A stretch of 63,196 bases of DNA, counting the filler, from Chiloscyllium plagiosum (taxonomy: Eukaryota), in assembly GCF_004010195.1 (NCBI RefSeq). It is 3 parts of one record of this genome, joined end to end, with 100 filler letters (N's around TTAATTAATTAA, not from the genome) between each part and the next. Parts side by side here need not be neighbours in the genome. Positions count along the whole stretch, not along the records: positions 1 to 15,791 come from NC_057711.1; positions 15,892 to 47,464 come from NC_057711.1; 1 more part is not named here. One strand, given 5' to 3'. Below the pieces are notes generated by a model. It searched no databases. It was not told the DNA's origin and saw only the letters and a list, made by a program, of their open reading frames with translations. This document shows positions 13,571 through 28,261 of the stretch, in pieces (within the stretch, counting starts at the first letter, position 1; each line of letters starts with the position of its first letter). The position numbers were made by a program, and so were the translations under genes.

Positions 13571-14873
13571 CATCCCTTTTTAAAAGTATCAATAGAATTC
13601 TAATGGAGTCCCTCCCTCAAATAATTGTATCGCAATGTTTGCACTCACTTCTGTGGAAGAAAATAACTAGAACAGAAAGTATACAAGTTCCAACCCATTA
13701 ATAAAACATGTGTTTTTTTACCAGCATCATATGTTTACATAATGGTAAATTTAACGGTTACAGCCAAAATTTGATTTCAAGGGCTAAAATTCAGAAACCA
13801 AAAGTCATTGCAGGAAATTATTTCAACAAGTGACAAGGAGACCCATCTTTCTAGAACCTTGAATCACAAATCAATGATGTTCAGAACATCTTGAGGTTTT
13901 TAAAAAATATGTTTTGTCATGTTTAAACAATCACCACAAAAAATAATTTTAATAAATTTGTTGGAATAATTAACCAATCAACTAGAAAGTGAAGTAACAG
14001 AAAATTGGCATGTGTGAATGAGTAATAATTTACATTAAGATACTCTATTGTTAACAACCTGCAAGGTTCATAGTTTGCTTTAGGATCATTTTATAATTTC
14101 TTAAAACTTCACAGTTTATTACCACTAATACTAGATGAAAATACCCGATAACTGTTACTAAAAGGTTATAAGAATGCATTCATTCAGACAATAATATGTA
14201 ATTATAAAATTACCGGTGGGAATATAATTCTTCTGTTAATATGTTTGAGTCACGTGACAGGTTTGGTTTTGGCAGGTCTAGCCTGGTATGAAAGGTTTTT
14301 TTAAACAATATTAGCCTCCAGAAGTCTCTATCATACTAGATAACATATCTAATGATAAAACCAAGCTGGTTTTAAAAACTATATTCAATTATTAGGTGGC
14401 CAGAAGGAAATCTGATTAACTGAGCACTGCTGTAACAACAGCAGCAAATGCAATTTTGACAGTGCAGTGCTACACCACTCTGGGGGCTTTACACAATATG
14501 CTATGGAATGGTCATATGAAAATTAATGTGCCTCAAGTGAACCTAGAGATTTTTTTTAACCCACAAAGTCATGGATATCTGGAAGAACTGCGCAAAAAGT
14601 AAGTTTATGGTTTATTTGATTTCTTAAAAGAATAAATTGGAAACCTATCTAAAAGCTAGAGAGATCAGTTTAGGAAGATAGTAACCTTGGCAAAGATTGA
14701 AATGATCAAGTAGAGTTGGTGAATTTAGCTAAAAGGTGTTGCTGAATATTGCCAACCACAGAGGTTCAGTTTCTGTGCCAGCCAGGGTAGTTCCTAACAT
14801 TGGCATCTTTACTTGTACTATTGGGACTTAATGACATCATTGAGCCCAGATTAGCAACCTTTGGAAAGTAAGA

Positions 14874-15492
14874 TGTTATGGACTGAGCCAGACCACTTAA
14901 AACTTTCTTAAGCAGGCAGCTCAGACCACAACTTTGCAATTTGTTTCAGAAAGTGTACAGTGACAATTACCCAGAGTAAGTTAGGTTGACTACAAGATTT
15001 TAAAACAGACAAAAATTTATTCACAAAATTTTGCAAAGAATGAAACACAAAGAACCCCTACAGAACCCAGCCTATCCAACTAGACTTAATTATGCTGTTC
15101 CGAAATTACACAACAGTCCCAATAAGCAAATCCCTTTAAAAACCAATATACCAATGAAACACATGCTTACAGGTTGAAGTTGAAGGGCAGAAAAAAGTGA
15201 GAGAGTTTCCACACAGCTCCCTGTTGAACTTCTAACCAGTTCAAGACTGAACTAAAACTGGTCAGCTCAGCTAGCGAGAGAGCTGACCATTCCCTTTTCT
15301 TTACACATATTTTTAAAACATGACCACTTTGGCCTGAAGTCTCATCTGTTTACATATAAACAAAATACCTCTCAAAATTATTTTCGTCTCTGTACCAAAC
15401 CAGACTGATCGGTGCCCGGCCCGGTTTATTCCCCCCCAGAAAAATTTAAGGACACAGTCTCCTTAAGCCAAAGGACAGCTTTTGGGACAACA
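14874..15492 (-). mobile_element. Probable solo LTR (TG...CA)
   Basis: TGTT..AACA termini, minus-strand AATAAA near 15016, terminus related to 6238-6893; no TSD seen. Confidence 0.5.
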
Positions 15493-15791
15493 GTTGAATA
15501 AAGGGAACTATTGAGCTATGAGGGAGGAGCTGGCCAAAGTTCAATGGTGCAATATCTTAGCAGGGATGACAGTGGAGGAACAATGGCAAATATTTCTGGG
15601 TATAACGCAGAAGATGCAGGATCAGTTCATTCCAAAAAGGAAGAAAGATGAGGAGGCGGGGTGGCTGACGAGGGAAGTTAAGAAACATATAAAGTCAAAA
15701 GAGAAAAAGTATAACATAGCAAAGATGAGTGGGAAGCTTTTAAAGAACAACAGAGGATTACTAAGAAGGAAATACGCAGAGAAAAAATGAG
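15493..15791 (+). mobile_element. CR1 ORF2 fragment (between endonuclease and RT), truncated by gap
   Basis: NKGNY..MREELAKVQW..TVEEQWQIF..FIPKRKK..WLTREVK. Confidence 0.75.
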
Positions 15792-15891
15792 NNNNNNNNN
15801 NNNNNNNNNNNNNNNNNNNNNNNNNNNNNNNNNNNTTAATTAATTAANNNNNNNNNNNNNNNNNNNNNNNNNNNNNNNNNNNNNNNNNNNN
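15792..15891. other. Assembly gap with artificial TTAATTAATTAA spacer
   Basis: 44 N + ttaattaattaa + 44 N; identical construct at 47465-47564. Confidence 0.95.
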
Positions 15892-16152
15892 GACTTGTCC
15901 TACCTGCCTATCTTCTTTTCCACCTCTCCACTCCACCCTCCCCCCGACCTATCACCTTCATCCCCTCCCCCACTCACCTATTGTACTCTATGCTACTTTC
16001 TCCTCACGTCCACCCTCTTCTAACTTATCTCTCCACCCTTCAGGCTCTCTGCCTGTATTCCTGGTGAAGGGCTTTTGCCCGAAACGTTGATTTCACTGCT
16101 CCTCCAATGCTGCCTGAACTGCTGTGCTCTTCCAGCACCACTAAAACAGAAT
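15892..16152 (+). mobile_element. PLE 3' end (tail-less) with degenerate hammerhead core
   Basis: Matches 36307-36570; ctggtgaagggcttttgcccgaaacgtt at 16061-16088. Confidence 0.8.
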
Positions 16153-16159
16153 CAAATAA

Positions 16160-16975
16160 TAATGAGTCAGAATACAGAAAGGAGGCAGAGAGCTTGGTGA
16201 TATTTTGCAATAAAAACAACCTCTCTCTCATTGTCACCAAAACTAAAAAAACTGATAATTGATTTCATAAAGAAAGAGAACACACCCCCATCTACATCAA
16301 CTGAGCTGAGGTTCAGAGAGTGGACAGCATGAAGTTCCTAGGTGTGATGATAACCAGCAATCTGTCCTGGACTTCCCACATGGATGTGACAGTCAAGAAG
16401 ACACAACAATGCCTCTTCCTCACATGGCTCAGGAAACTTGGCATGTGTACAGGGTTCCCCACCAACTTTTACAGATGCACCATAGAAAGCATACTGTCCA
16501 GGTGCATAACAGCCTGATATTACAACTGCTCTGCACAGGACCATAAGAAATATAGCCCAGACCATCATGGAAGCCAACCTTCACTTCCAGGACTCCATTT
16601 ACATGGCTTGTTGCCATGGAAAGGCTACCAACATCATCGAAGACCGATCATAGCCCAGTATTGATCTCCTACAAACTCTTCCATCAGACAGAAGTTACAG
16701 AAGCTTGAACACATTTGCTAGAAGGTTCAAGGACAGCTACATCCTTGCTGTTATTAGACTGCTGAATGGACCTCTTTAACTTCAAATAATGCTGATCATG
16801 CTAATGTTGATGTTGCCTAGTGCAGGCTCTGTGTGGTGTAATCTGTATGCCTCTGTCCAAGTATTTTTTCTGACTCTGTGATCTGTATGTCCTCGCTTAT
16901 GTGATCTACCGTACTGCTGATAAATAAAGCTTTTCACTGTACTTAGATACACGTCACAATAAATCAAATCAAATC
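16160..16975 (+). mobile_element. Rex1/Babar-like LINE 3' fragment
   Basis: KFLGVMITSNLSW..KKTQQCLF..LRKLGM..FYRCTIESILS.CITA; ends aataaatcaaatcaaatc. Confidence 0.75.
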
Positions 16976-19542
16976 ATGAATATAGCCTATCTCCTAACCT
17001 AAAGCCGAGAAAAGAAATGAAGAATGGTTGATGGTGCAGCTATAATGTAAGATTATGTGAAAGAGAAATCACATTTGATAACACAGCTCGAGTTCTATGT
17101 ATTAATAGATTGAAAGTATTGGTAGTGGATTAGATCAGAAAATTATTGGTTGAAAATATAAATCTTAGGCATAAGTAAGTTTCCATTCTTCTCAAGCTCC
17201 AAGCTAAATTTAGAAGCTTACAGAAAAAGAAATGTTAAAAGGATAAAGATGTGAAGACCTTGTGAAGGACCTCCACCAACATCAGGAAGATTGGTCAATC
17301 ATGTATAAAGTAATTAATTAATTTCCCTTTAATTTTGTCATTGGAAACTTCCATGTTAATGCAATGCTGTTTAGTTTATCCCAGGCTAGAGCAATATCTG
17401 CTTTTATTTTTTAGGACAAGATATCTTGCATTCTTCAAATTTATTAATTGGTCCAATATTAGGTCTCATTCTCCCAGCATTCTCTGCTGAGAAATTAAAC
17501 AGTACTTTTCTCAAAGAACCTGAAAATATGTTCTGAAGGTGATGGCACAGCTCTTTAATACATTGGTTTCTTTGTTCGGTCGAACAATGATATGAGTTGA
17601 TTGATTCCAATTCAAGATTTATCAAACTTCCAATTATTTGCTCTGTTTTTTCATCCACTGTATTCAACTCCTTTAAATTGTCATCCCAAACACCTTTCAT
17701 TTTTCTTCCTCCTTTTAATGTCTCCTAAGGTAACATTCCCTTTGAATACGATTTCAATCTTAGCAATCTTTCTATTCCGGACTCCCTTTTCTATAGAATC
17801 CAATTTTGCTCTCTGAAATATTCTGAGATGCATTTCTCTGTAAGAGGAAAGCTACAAAATAGTAAGTTATTTTCCATTGGCAAGATGACAATATAATAGT
17901 TATATACAGGGTAATAGTCTACCCCAACTGAAAAAAAAACTGATCCATTGACACCTCTGAGATGTGAGATTGTCATGTAGTGTTCCATCCATTGAAGGGC
18001 AACTCAAATGGTTACAAACCATGAAGTGGCAAAGGTTGTGTGCTAAGAAAGTCTAATTGGCTGTCAATTTTTAAAATCAAGTCCTAAAGAAGAAATATCA
18101 CCAGGATTTAAATAGTTTCAAGATCTTAAAATTTGGAAATGTATGCAATTAAAGGAGGCCATTAAGTCTATTATATTTATGCTATTTTGTTGAGAGTTAT
18201 CCACTTAGTTCCATTCTTTTGGTCTTTCATCAAAGCCAATCTTGGTCATAATCCTTAGATAACTAGAACTTTGAGCAATGGTACATATGGTCGTCTAGAG
18301 TCCGGAGAACAATTATGATTCTAATCAACAAAGTATACCAAAACCGATGAGTGGAGATTCAAATCTCCAATCCACCTTCTTTTCAATCCGCTGGCTATCA
18401 TTAACAGAAAGGTTTATCTGGTTTTGATCAGGTCATTAGGGGTAATTTTAAGAGGCTCCACTAGCCGTAAGCATGGGATAGCAAATCAAAAATATTATGT
18501 TATAGTCCCATTTCCAATTTGCACCTCCACTGCCTCCAGCAAAGCTTTGCAATATGGTGTTATAATGTAATGTTATGTTAGGACAGTACACTTTAGAAGG
18601 AAAAACTTACATTGCAATATTGTATTTTTTTGTTTCCGTGCTACTGTCTATGTATAGTTGAGATAAAACCTGGTATATGATTGATTAATATATGATCCAC
18701 TGGTGTAAATGCAGTAAATTAACAAAAGAAAACACAAATAATTTGGATAATTTGAGAAAAAAATGTGAAAATTTGCATCATTTAAAGAAAATTCCAAAGG
18801 AAACATTATAATATATTTCAAATATGTATAAAATAAATCGAGTGCTGTTGGTTCAACAAAAAGTTTATTTTATTTTATTTCTGTTTATTTGTCTCTAATT
18901 TACTGCAACTTCTTTTACTTTACCTTAAGAAAAGAGAAAGAAAATACCGTAGATAGGTAATATATGCAGTTGATTTTCTCAAATTAATTTTCTCAAAAGC
19001 ATTTAGTCCACATTGTGAAGAGTATGACTGGATAGCCAGAGGGTAATATTGTTTTAATTAAAATGTAACAACAGTGTTCTGATCATCAGAAATTCAGGGT
19101 CAATAATAGGGCACAGCATTTTATCCATTTCAATAAATGAATCTTTTGAACGATGAAGTGAGTAGTAAAACAATGTTTAGTTACAAAGAAATGATCTGAC
19201 ATTTAATCTGCTTGTACTGGTCCTAGTTAATTAAAATCTTGAGATATTTGGCAGCTCATGTCATTTGGTAGTGACTGGAACAAATGCAATAATTATGCAG
19301 TTTGGCTAGAGGTGAAGGAGGAATCGACAAGGATTCCTGTACTCTGAGAAAATAGTATTTCTGATGGATCTAAAAGATCTGTCAGACAAATGTTGGCACT
19401 CTTGATACAGGAATTCAACTCTGCAATAATGTAACACTTGTACCATCCTGTGCCCTGCTGACTGACCAAGTAATTTATACGCAGTAAAGCATTTTCAGCT
19501 AAACGTTTTTTCCCATAAATCAATTACTTTTACAGAACATTT

Positions 19543-19544
<2 letters not shown>

Positions 19545-19572
<28 letters not shown>
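19545..19572. repeat. (TA)n microsatellite
   Basis: Direct observation. Confidence 0.95.
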
Positions 19573-19575
<3 letters not shown>

Positions 19576-20869
19576 AAAACACTTGTTGAAAAACATCCCT
19601 GGATTCAGCAGCTATTTTGTTTTGTAAAATCAAGAGATTAAAATAGGAGAGGAAATTTCATGGTTTGCTTCTGTCTTTGGAAGTCAATATTGTTTGATTT
19701 CTTCCCAACTTGTAGTGCATCAGGATCATTTACACTCTTTGTCCTTTTTGGGCTCATAGTTTCGAATTCTCCTTTATGGTTTGATTTGCTGAGGGTTCCT
19801 TGTTGTTAATTCATAGCATTATATTTGTTGATACTTTAATAGTTGTTGGTAAATTGAAGTTAAAAAGCAAGTAACCAGAGGTCTAATAAATGCCATGCGA
19901 TTAAAAATCCATCCGCACTATTGATGATATTATTTAGGGATGAAGGTTTTGACTTGTTACTGTTGGGGAATCACATTTATATTGAAGTCAACATATCCCT
20001 TTGATGCTGCTATTATACACTCTGTCCAGAGTTAGGTATGAAGGCATGGTTGCTTAACAAGCAAATACCTTTTCAGAAGCTGGTCAACAGAGTCACAACA
20101 GATTGAAAACCACTTCAAGCAATGCTACATCAATGACAGCATCAGCAACAAATTAAAGGAACAAGTAAGAGAACCAAGAAAAAGGTTTTTACGTCACAAA
20201 ATAACAGATTATTTTATAACGTACAAAACTGAGAATATTGCATAGAGGAAGAAGATTGTTTAGATAACAGCTTCTGTGGAATCTTAGAAAGAGCTAACTA
20301 ATCCATCCCTTTCCTGAACCTTCCTCCATTGCCCTAAATATATAACTTGCTTCCTTTTTGAAAGTATATCCAATTGCCTTTGAAAGTTATCATCATAAAT
20401 ATGTAGAATGATTACAAAACAGAAGAAAACCATTTCGCTGGTGTATCCAAGTCAATTCCGTCACACACCATATCCTTACCCTGCAATGTTTCTTCTCCTC
20501 AGCAACTGCCTACAGCGTTATCAGAAAATGCTTCCAGATCCTAATCACTTGCTGTATGAGAAAGGTTTTCCTCATGTTCCTATAGTTTTTTTTTAAATAA
20601 AGCACCTTAAATTTGTGTCCTTTGGTTCTCAATCCTCTCAGCAATGGGAACAGTTTCTGTATATTTATTCTTATACCTCATGATACTGAAGACCAAAATG
20701 TCTAGCAAAACTCCTTTCTATCTTGTTTTCCAGAGGGAGCCTTACCTCAGTTCCTACAATTTAATCATATAACTGAAGTCTCTTCTCCCTGGCATTCTTG
20801 CAAAGCTTTCTGCACCTTCTCTAAAAATGTCACATCCTTTGTAAAGTATGGTGCTCAGGTGAGGCCAAA

Positions 20870-21385
20870 ACTGCTGCTGCATCAATGAGCTCTCGTCCAT
20901 CATAAGGTCAGAGATGGGGATATTCGCTGATGACTGTATAATGTTCAACACCATTCACAACTGTTCAGGTGCTAAAGCAGTCTTTTCTGAAATGAAAAAA
21001 GACCTGGACAATTTACAGGTTTAGGATGAAAAATGGCAGGTAGCATTCTCAATGTATCAGGTAATGATACTCGACAGGAGAGATTCTAAGTGCCACTGCT
21101 TGAAATTCAGTGGCGTTATCATCACTGAATCCTCCACTATCAACATCCTAGGTGCTTCCGTTAACTGGAAACTGAACTGAAACTGAAAATAGATCATGAT
21201 TTTTTCCAGTATCACTGGATAGAGATCCTGCAATTCCTTCCCTAACACTATGGTGGGTGTACCTGCACCAAATGGACTGCGGTGATTAAAGAAGGCAGCT
21301 CACCACCACCTCCCCAAGGACAACTAGAGACATACAATAAGTGCTGGGCCAGCCAGTAATAACCACATCTCATAAATGAGAAATA
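20870..21385 (+). mobile_element. CR1/L2-clade LINE 3' fragment with internal deletion
   Basis: ttcgctgatgactgt (FADD) and tail aagaaggcagctcaccaccacc; same family as 2755-3840. Confidence 0.7.
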
Positions 21386-21974
21386 AAAGAATTACCATCC
21401 ACCTTGCTCTTGTACGTCGTTTACATTGCCCATGTCCTGCATGCATTTACAATCATTTCATTATCATATCCAGTCAGTTGCAAGCATTTGTGAGCATCTA
21501 TCTCCAGGTCTCTCTGTTCCAGCACTCCCTATTGAAATCTTTCTGAAGTGTCTAAAGACCAAATGATAGACCAAAATGCCAGATGCCAAGGTTCTCATCT
21601 GAGATGACATGCCAAGCATTCAAAGCATACTTAGGCAGTCACAACTGACTTCTCTAATAGGACCATAAGACATTATGAGCAGGAGTAAATATGTTCATAT
21701 AACCAGAATGTTTAATACTAGCTTATCAAGATGAATCTTCAATGGAAATCTTCAGTCTAGGAAGTGTCCTCATGGTGGTCAAAGGTAATGAAGGCTTCAC
21801 AAAAGAGTTTTGACACAGACTTCTAGTCCTTGAAGGATCACTGTGCGAGGTATAACCAAATTTAAAAGGTAAACTGCAAACGCATATCAGGGAAATAGAA
21901 AACACCCGAGGTGAGGGACATGGTCATCTCAATCTCAAGGGCCAAATAATAAGGACCTTCCTTGAACACAGATA

Positions 21975-22705
21975 TAAACCTGCACACAGTATTGCAAGCA
22001 TGGTCTCACCAAAACTTTTACAATTGGAGTAAGACTTCTTCATTTATGTATTTCAATCCCCATACAATAAATTCCACCGTGTGATTTGCTTTCTGAAATG
22101 CTTGCTATGCCTGCATGGTTATTTCTTGTATTCCTGATATGAGTGCACCCCAAATTCTCTGAACATCAACATTTGCAATTTTCACACATTTTAAAACAAT
22201 TTCTACTTCTCAATGCTTTAGGTCAAAGTTAACAACTCACACTTAACCCTATTAAGCTCCATCTAGCACTTCATTGCCCACTCACTTAACCTGTCTGTAT
22301 CTTGTTGTATCTTCCTCACAACTAGTTTTATTTCAGCTGTAAACTGAAATAAATTCTGTCTGTCTCTATCTAAGTCATTGACCTAGATTGTAAATATTTG
22401 AGGCCCATCATTAATCCTTGGGGTAGAAAATTAGTTACAATTTGCAACTTGCCCTATTTATCCCTAATGTCTGTTTCTGATTCATTTGCTAATCCTCCAT
22501 TCATGCTAATATACCATCTCCAGCTCCATGAGCTCTTACTTATGCACTAATCTTTGGTGTAGAAACTTATCCAATGATTTTTGGAAATCTAATTACACTA
22601 TATATACAGATTCCTCTTTGCCTTCCTTACAAGTATGTCCTTAAAAAGCTTATATATTGCTCAAACAAGGTTTCCCTTTAGTAAAACCACATTGTTCATT
22701 TAATC
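21975..22705 (-). mobile_element. CR1 RT remnant
   Basis: Parallels 24500-25300 (ttttggaaatctaa..aaaaccac). Confidence 0.55.
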
Positions 22706-24079
22706 ATACAGGCCCAAATATTTCAATGGCCAGAGTCATAGAGTAGCACAGATTGGTGTTGTTTATTGCTGACAAAACTGGGAAGTGAATTTCTCAATGG
22801 GCATGGATGAGTCAGACCAAAAGGTCTCTTTCTGTGCTGTAAGACTCTATGAATCTATAATTCCCTTTGTGACCCCCCTGATAACCTAAACTCACACCCC
22901 CTAACATAACTTGATTCCTTTCCAGTCCACTCCAACTCTACTGGATTCAGCAATAAGACCCTTGCCCCTGCCTCCCCAGACACAACACAACCCCCAATTG
23001 GCCTTAGTACACTGTGTACTAAGTCCACACCCAACTGCACCAGCTTGAATACCTCAGATCTGGACCTGGAACCCTTGCCCACTTGTCAGACTGGACACCC
23101 ATGCTCCCACCTTACCAAACCCCCAGACCTTATCCACTCTCTCTTCTTCTGGCCAAACTCACCACCCCTACCTCTGTTTGGCTGATCTCCCAAGGACCAG
23201 ACACCTCCACATGTGTCAGCTTGACCTGTCCCCAGACCCCATAGCCCCACTTAGTTGCTTGACCCAACAAGTCAACACCCATTCTCTCACAGTCTGCCCC
23301 CCCCCCCCCCGATCCTAACACCCCTTCCTTCAGCTGGGCAACCATATCCACCTCACTTACCTACTGCAACACCTACCTGGCACACAAATCCCTCACCCAC
23401 TCTGCCTCCCTAAGCTCATTCTAACTCGACACTTACATACTAACTCTTTCTCAAAAGTTATCAAAGGAGCGAGATGTACTGCTGTACATTTAAATTATAG
23501 AACACAGCACAATGGCTGGAACAAAAGAGACTCTGGCTTCTATAAAGATTCTCTTCACAGCTGGATTTGTGAATTTCTGAACAGATTTGAAAAAAGGAGG
23601 CCAGGAATTTCCAGTGCAAAAGAATCTAAAAGATAATTGAGTAATTTTAAATCCAATCAGGGTGATACCTTCACTAGAGTATCTCAGCCACAACATTTTC
23701 TAAAGTGCATTGGTAAAGCTTCTTTAATTACTGAACAATACTTTCGCAATGACTGATACCAGACTAACTGGCCTATACTTCTCTCTCTCTGTTATTTTGC
23801 ATAATTTGCAAATACCGTGATCAGCGAATCAAAGTCTAATTCATTTCATATGTATCAAGAAGAGCAATAGCCCTACTACTGACCTCTGGGGAAATCACCT
23901 CCAAAAACATTTCTCCAGCCCAAAATTCAACTGTTAACGATAACTATCTGATTCCCGTTACTCAATAAACTTTGTATCTGTGCCTGTCTCATTCATTCAA
24001 TAGACTTCAACATTGTTGGCACATCTATTATATGACCTTTTCTGAATTCTATGTACAGCAAATGAATATATTTACTCTC

Positions 24080-25460
24080 TCATTAGAATACAAAAAAGAG
24101 GAACAGGAGTAGGCCATTCAGCTCCCCACCATTCTATAAGGTCAGGGCTGATCTGCTCCAGGCCACAAATCATCCTTCATATCGACTCCTCATAGCTCAT
24201 TCTTTAGGATTTTCCAAAAATCTATCTACCTCCTCTTTAAAAACATTCAGGGATCTGGCCTCCACAACTGTTAGTTTTAAATACAGAAAGGGACACTCAT
24301 TTATGTCCCCGAGTTTGAGATTCCCTCACATATCTTCAAAATCTCTTCTGTCAAGGTTCCCTCAAAATCTTGAATGTTTCAATAAGATCACCCCTCATTT
24401 TTCTAAACTCTAATGAACAAAGACCTAACCTGTTTAGCCATTCATGATAGGTTAACCTCTTTATCACAGAAATTAGCCAAATAAATCTCGAGATCTGCCT
24501 CTAATATCAATATCCTTTCTTAAATATAGGGACCAAAACTGTGCACTGCACTCCAGGTGTGGCCTCAGAAACAGGCTGTATAGTTGTAACAAGACTTCCC
24601 TGTTTGTAAATTTCAAACCCATAGCAATTTCTATTTACCTTCTTAATTACTTGCTGCACCTGCGTGCTAATGTTTTGCATTTCATTCAAAAGAACATTTC
24701 GATCCCTCTGTGCTGCACTGTTTTGGAGTCTTGCTTCACTTAAATAATAGTCTTCCTTTTGATTCTTCCTACCAAAGAGCAGGACTTCACACTTTCCAAC
24801 ATGAAACTCCATCTATTACGTTTCTGATCACTCATGCAATCTACCAACCACCTACCCCCTTCCTGATTCCTTCTGTCCTCATCATAACATTCCCTCCCAT
24901 CTGTTTTTGTAATTCAGAAAATTTGGATATATTGCACTCTGCCCATTCTCCAAGTCATTTTATAGATAGTAAATAATTAAGACCTTAAAACTGATCCATT
25001 AGTTGAGTCTTTCCAGTTCTAAGAAGATGCATTGATCCTATCTCTCTGTTTTGTGTGTGTCAACCAATATTCAGTCCTTGTTAATATGTTGTCCAATACA
25101 ATGAATTCCTATCTTACAAAATAACCTTTTTTATGTGACTCCTCATTGAACATCTTCTGAAAATCCAAATGCACTACATCTACTGGTTCTCTTTTAGCAA
25201 CCCTATATGTTATATCTTCAAAGAACTCAATCAAGTTTGTCAAATATGATTCCCATTTCACAAAACCATGCTGTCTCTGTTTGATTACGTTAAGATTTTC
25301 TAACTGCCAGGCTATTTCTTCTTTAATAATGTACTCCAGCATTTTCCCAACATTAGATATTAACCTAACCGGCCAACTGTTTCCTGCTTTATGGCTCACT
25401 CCATTCTAAATAGGGATGTCTCATTTATGGTTTGCCAATCTATTAGAACCCTCCCAGAAG
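24080..25460 (-). mobile_element. CR1 ORF2 RT plus 3' tail, degenerate
   Basis: KQRQHGFVK..YLTNLIEFFE..VDVVHLDFQKMF; MEFHVGKCEVLLFG. Confidence 0.85.
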
Positions 25461-26269
25461 ATATTTTCTTCAATGGAAACCATATTACCTATCCAGGTTA
25501 AATAACAATAGCCTTTTCACTTGAAAGAAATGATTACTGACATTCTGAAGCAGAGTCATATCAGCCAGAAAGCATTAGTTCAAATGCTGCAAGATGTGTT
25601 GAGCTTGTTCAGTCTTCCCTTCATTTGCTTCAGATTACCACCATCTACAGTGTTTTGTTTTTGAGTTTTTTGACTTGATTGGGCAGCATTCTCCAGAATT
25701 CTTTCACAGAACACAGAAGTAGAAATGAACATAATTCAATTTACCATCTATCATACTTCACCTCAACATGTGGGGAGTAAGAGTGCAAAATATTAACAAG
25801 TTCAAGTCTAACATCGCTGATACAACCAATCATTGAAACCATTAATTACAAGAGCAATCCAAATGACAGCATTTGAATGCACAAAGAGGTCCCTAAACTC
25901 TAACAGACTGTTAGGTGGATGTCCAATGACTACTGTTTATAACTCTGAAAGCATATCAGATATTCTTTGACATGGGGAATGTCAGAATCATGTAGAAGGA
26001 ATAAAAAAGGCAATAGGTCCATCAGCAAATTAAAAAGGCAAGGAAAAAAAAAGTTGGAGAAATGGATAGAACATTACCTTGAGTTGTACAGCAGGGAGAA
26101 AACTGTCACCAACAAACTCTAGATACGATAGAAAGCTTGCTTGTCATGAGAACTGGATAAGGAGCATGCAACAGAGGATCTCAGTAAAATTATCCAGTGA
26201 CTTGCTATGGACAGAACTCTGGGTAGTTGTTATACCACCTGAAATGTGCTGCAAAGATTAAGACCCTGT

Positions 26270-27700
26270 TCAAAACAAAAGCAACTTCAGTGTTTGCAAT
26301 AATTGAGTGATTTTCCTGAAGAAAATCCTTGGAAAAATATTGCCCCATGCTGACCTTGTCAGACTGCAGATTCTCAGTCAATGTAGCTACCTAATATTCC
26401 ATTTCTGATGTGGTAGATTACAATGGACACAACGGGACTAGAGGGATCTGATCCTCACCAGGCCTAACTCTCTGACTAGCATTCTCATCACACACAGCGA
26501 CCACAGCATGAATTTTGTTATTAATCACTCCCTACCATCACTCAGATGAAGATCCAAACCTTAATGTTTCTTTTTCCTTCTAAACGGATGCTCTCCAACA
26601 TTCCCTCAAAGAGTGTCAGAAATGATATTGTACTTATGTCACAACACCATCCACAATGCCGCACTCACCAAATGTGAAACAAGACTGGAAAAACGTTGAC
26701 AGTCTGACAGCTGCAAGCAAAATGTCGTGATAAATCAAACTGCTATAAATTGTCTTTATTGATCATGTCGGCAGGGGCAGTCTATTTATGTTCCTGGAGA
26801 AAAATTGGCTGCCACCAAAGCTGCTCAATCTGATCTCCTTTATCCACAACCACATGATGGATAAGGTCAACTATGAAAGGGCAACATCAGAACCTTTTCG
26901 AGATCTGCAGTGGGGTCAAACAGGATTATTCAGCTTTTTTGTGCAGAAAGTGCCTACTTGCATATCAGAGACGGCAGATAGTTGTTCAGCCTTACTTGGT
27001 TGACATTCAATACAAAGTCAACTCATTAGAGGGTTGCAGTATGATAATGACTTTTGTGTTGCCAATGTCACACATGCATTCCATACCAAGGGACAACTCA
27101 GTGACAAATGGACAGACTCACTTATTCCCATAAAGAGGTTTGTTTGACATCAGCATCAGGAAGGTAAATGTAATGGTCCAGATGTTGCCATATTGACAAC
27201 TATCAGCATTGACAATGTGATTGCTTCACATATACAGGCTCCACAAACACGAGCAACCTTTTATTACTTGATGCTGAAATCATTTCATACTTGGAACAAC
27301 TGCAGCTGATTTTTCCAAGTTGAGCAAAAAAGTATGAAACAACAGCATCCAAACTGAAAACACCGAACTCAAGTCTATTGAGCCGACATCTGGCTCTCAC
27401 CTCTGCAATGATGCATTCATACCTTTGTTACAAGAATACCTGCAAACAACTTTTGAAGCTGATGGGCATTAACATTGACATATGGGAGACAGTCACATGA
27501 TACTCATGATCTTTGGAGGCTAAATGTCTGAAGACACAAGTTGAAATGAAAAGTTCAATTGGTTCCTAAAGTGACCTAAAGAAGACAGAGGCTAGTGAAT
27601 GTGCTCTTTCTCAGATCTTTGCTTCCTTTGTAGAAAGTATAACAAAGACTGCTGCATCAGAGTGGGCTTCGGAATAACACCGGACATTGCCCTAACCATT
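26270..27700 (+). mobile_element. RTE-clade LINE remnant
   Basis: PKLLNLISFIHNHM, FEICSGVKQ motifs; heavily decayed. Confidence 0.55.
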
Positions 27701-28261
27701 AGGGTGGAAACCATCATTTCATGAAACAGACCACTGCCATCAACCCTCTATTCCTTTTTCCCTCATATGATTTCCAAGCTTTCTTCATGCATCATTCTTG
27801 TTCACTTCAACCACTCACTGTGATAGAGACTTCCACATTCTCATTATTCTTCAGGTAAACATTTTCTTCGGTCTTCCCTATTGGACTTTATTTATACTCT
27901 TACCCACACAAGAAAACATTCTCGCCATATCTACTTGATCAAAATTTATCCAACGGTGTTCTTTTGTCATGAGGAAAATGACCCAGTTTGTCATCCTTTC
28001 CTAAAACATATACCCACACATCATACGAAGGATATAATTGCATTTCAGAGCATGCAAAAAGATTTACAACTATCAAAGCAGAAATATAATCACACATTTC
28101 TGGTATAATTATTGTAAATCTTTTCTGAGCTCTGAAGTCTGACTATATCTTTTGTATTATGTGATGCTCAGAAGTGAACATAATACTCCATGTGCAGTCT
28201 AACAAAGTTTGATAGAGCTTTTGTATAACGCAACTATTTGCCATATCTATTACTCTAGAGA

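Noticed and set aside
15836..15847. TTAATTAATTAA palindrome within N runs
   Set aside because: Assembly spacer, not biological
17404..17838. 98-aa minus-strand ORF with an upstream cttacag acceptor
   Set aside because: No recognisable homology; all frames from the acceptor stop before joining the ORF
22860..23450. C-rich, strand-skewed low-complexity tract with short ORFs
   Set aside because: No tandem unit or protein motif; probably a decayed repeat
26078..26238. Minus-strand segment with AG/GT boundaries
   Set aside because: Stops in all three frames
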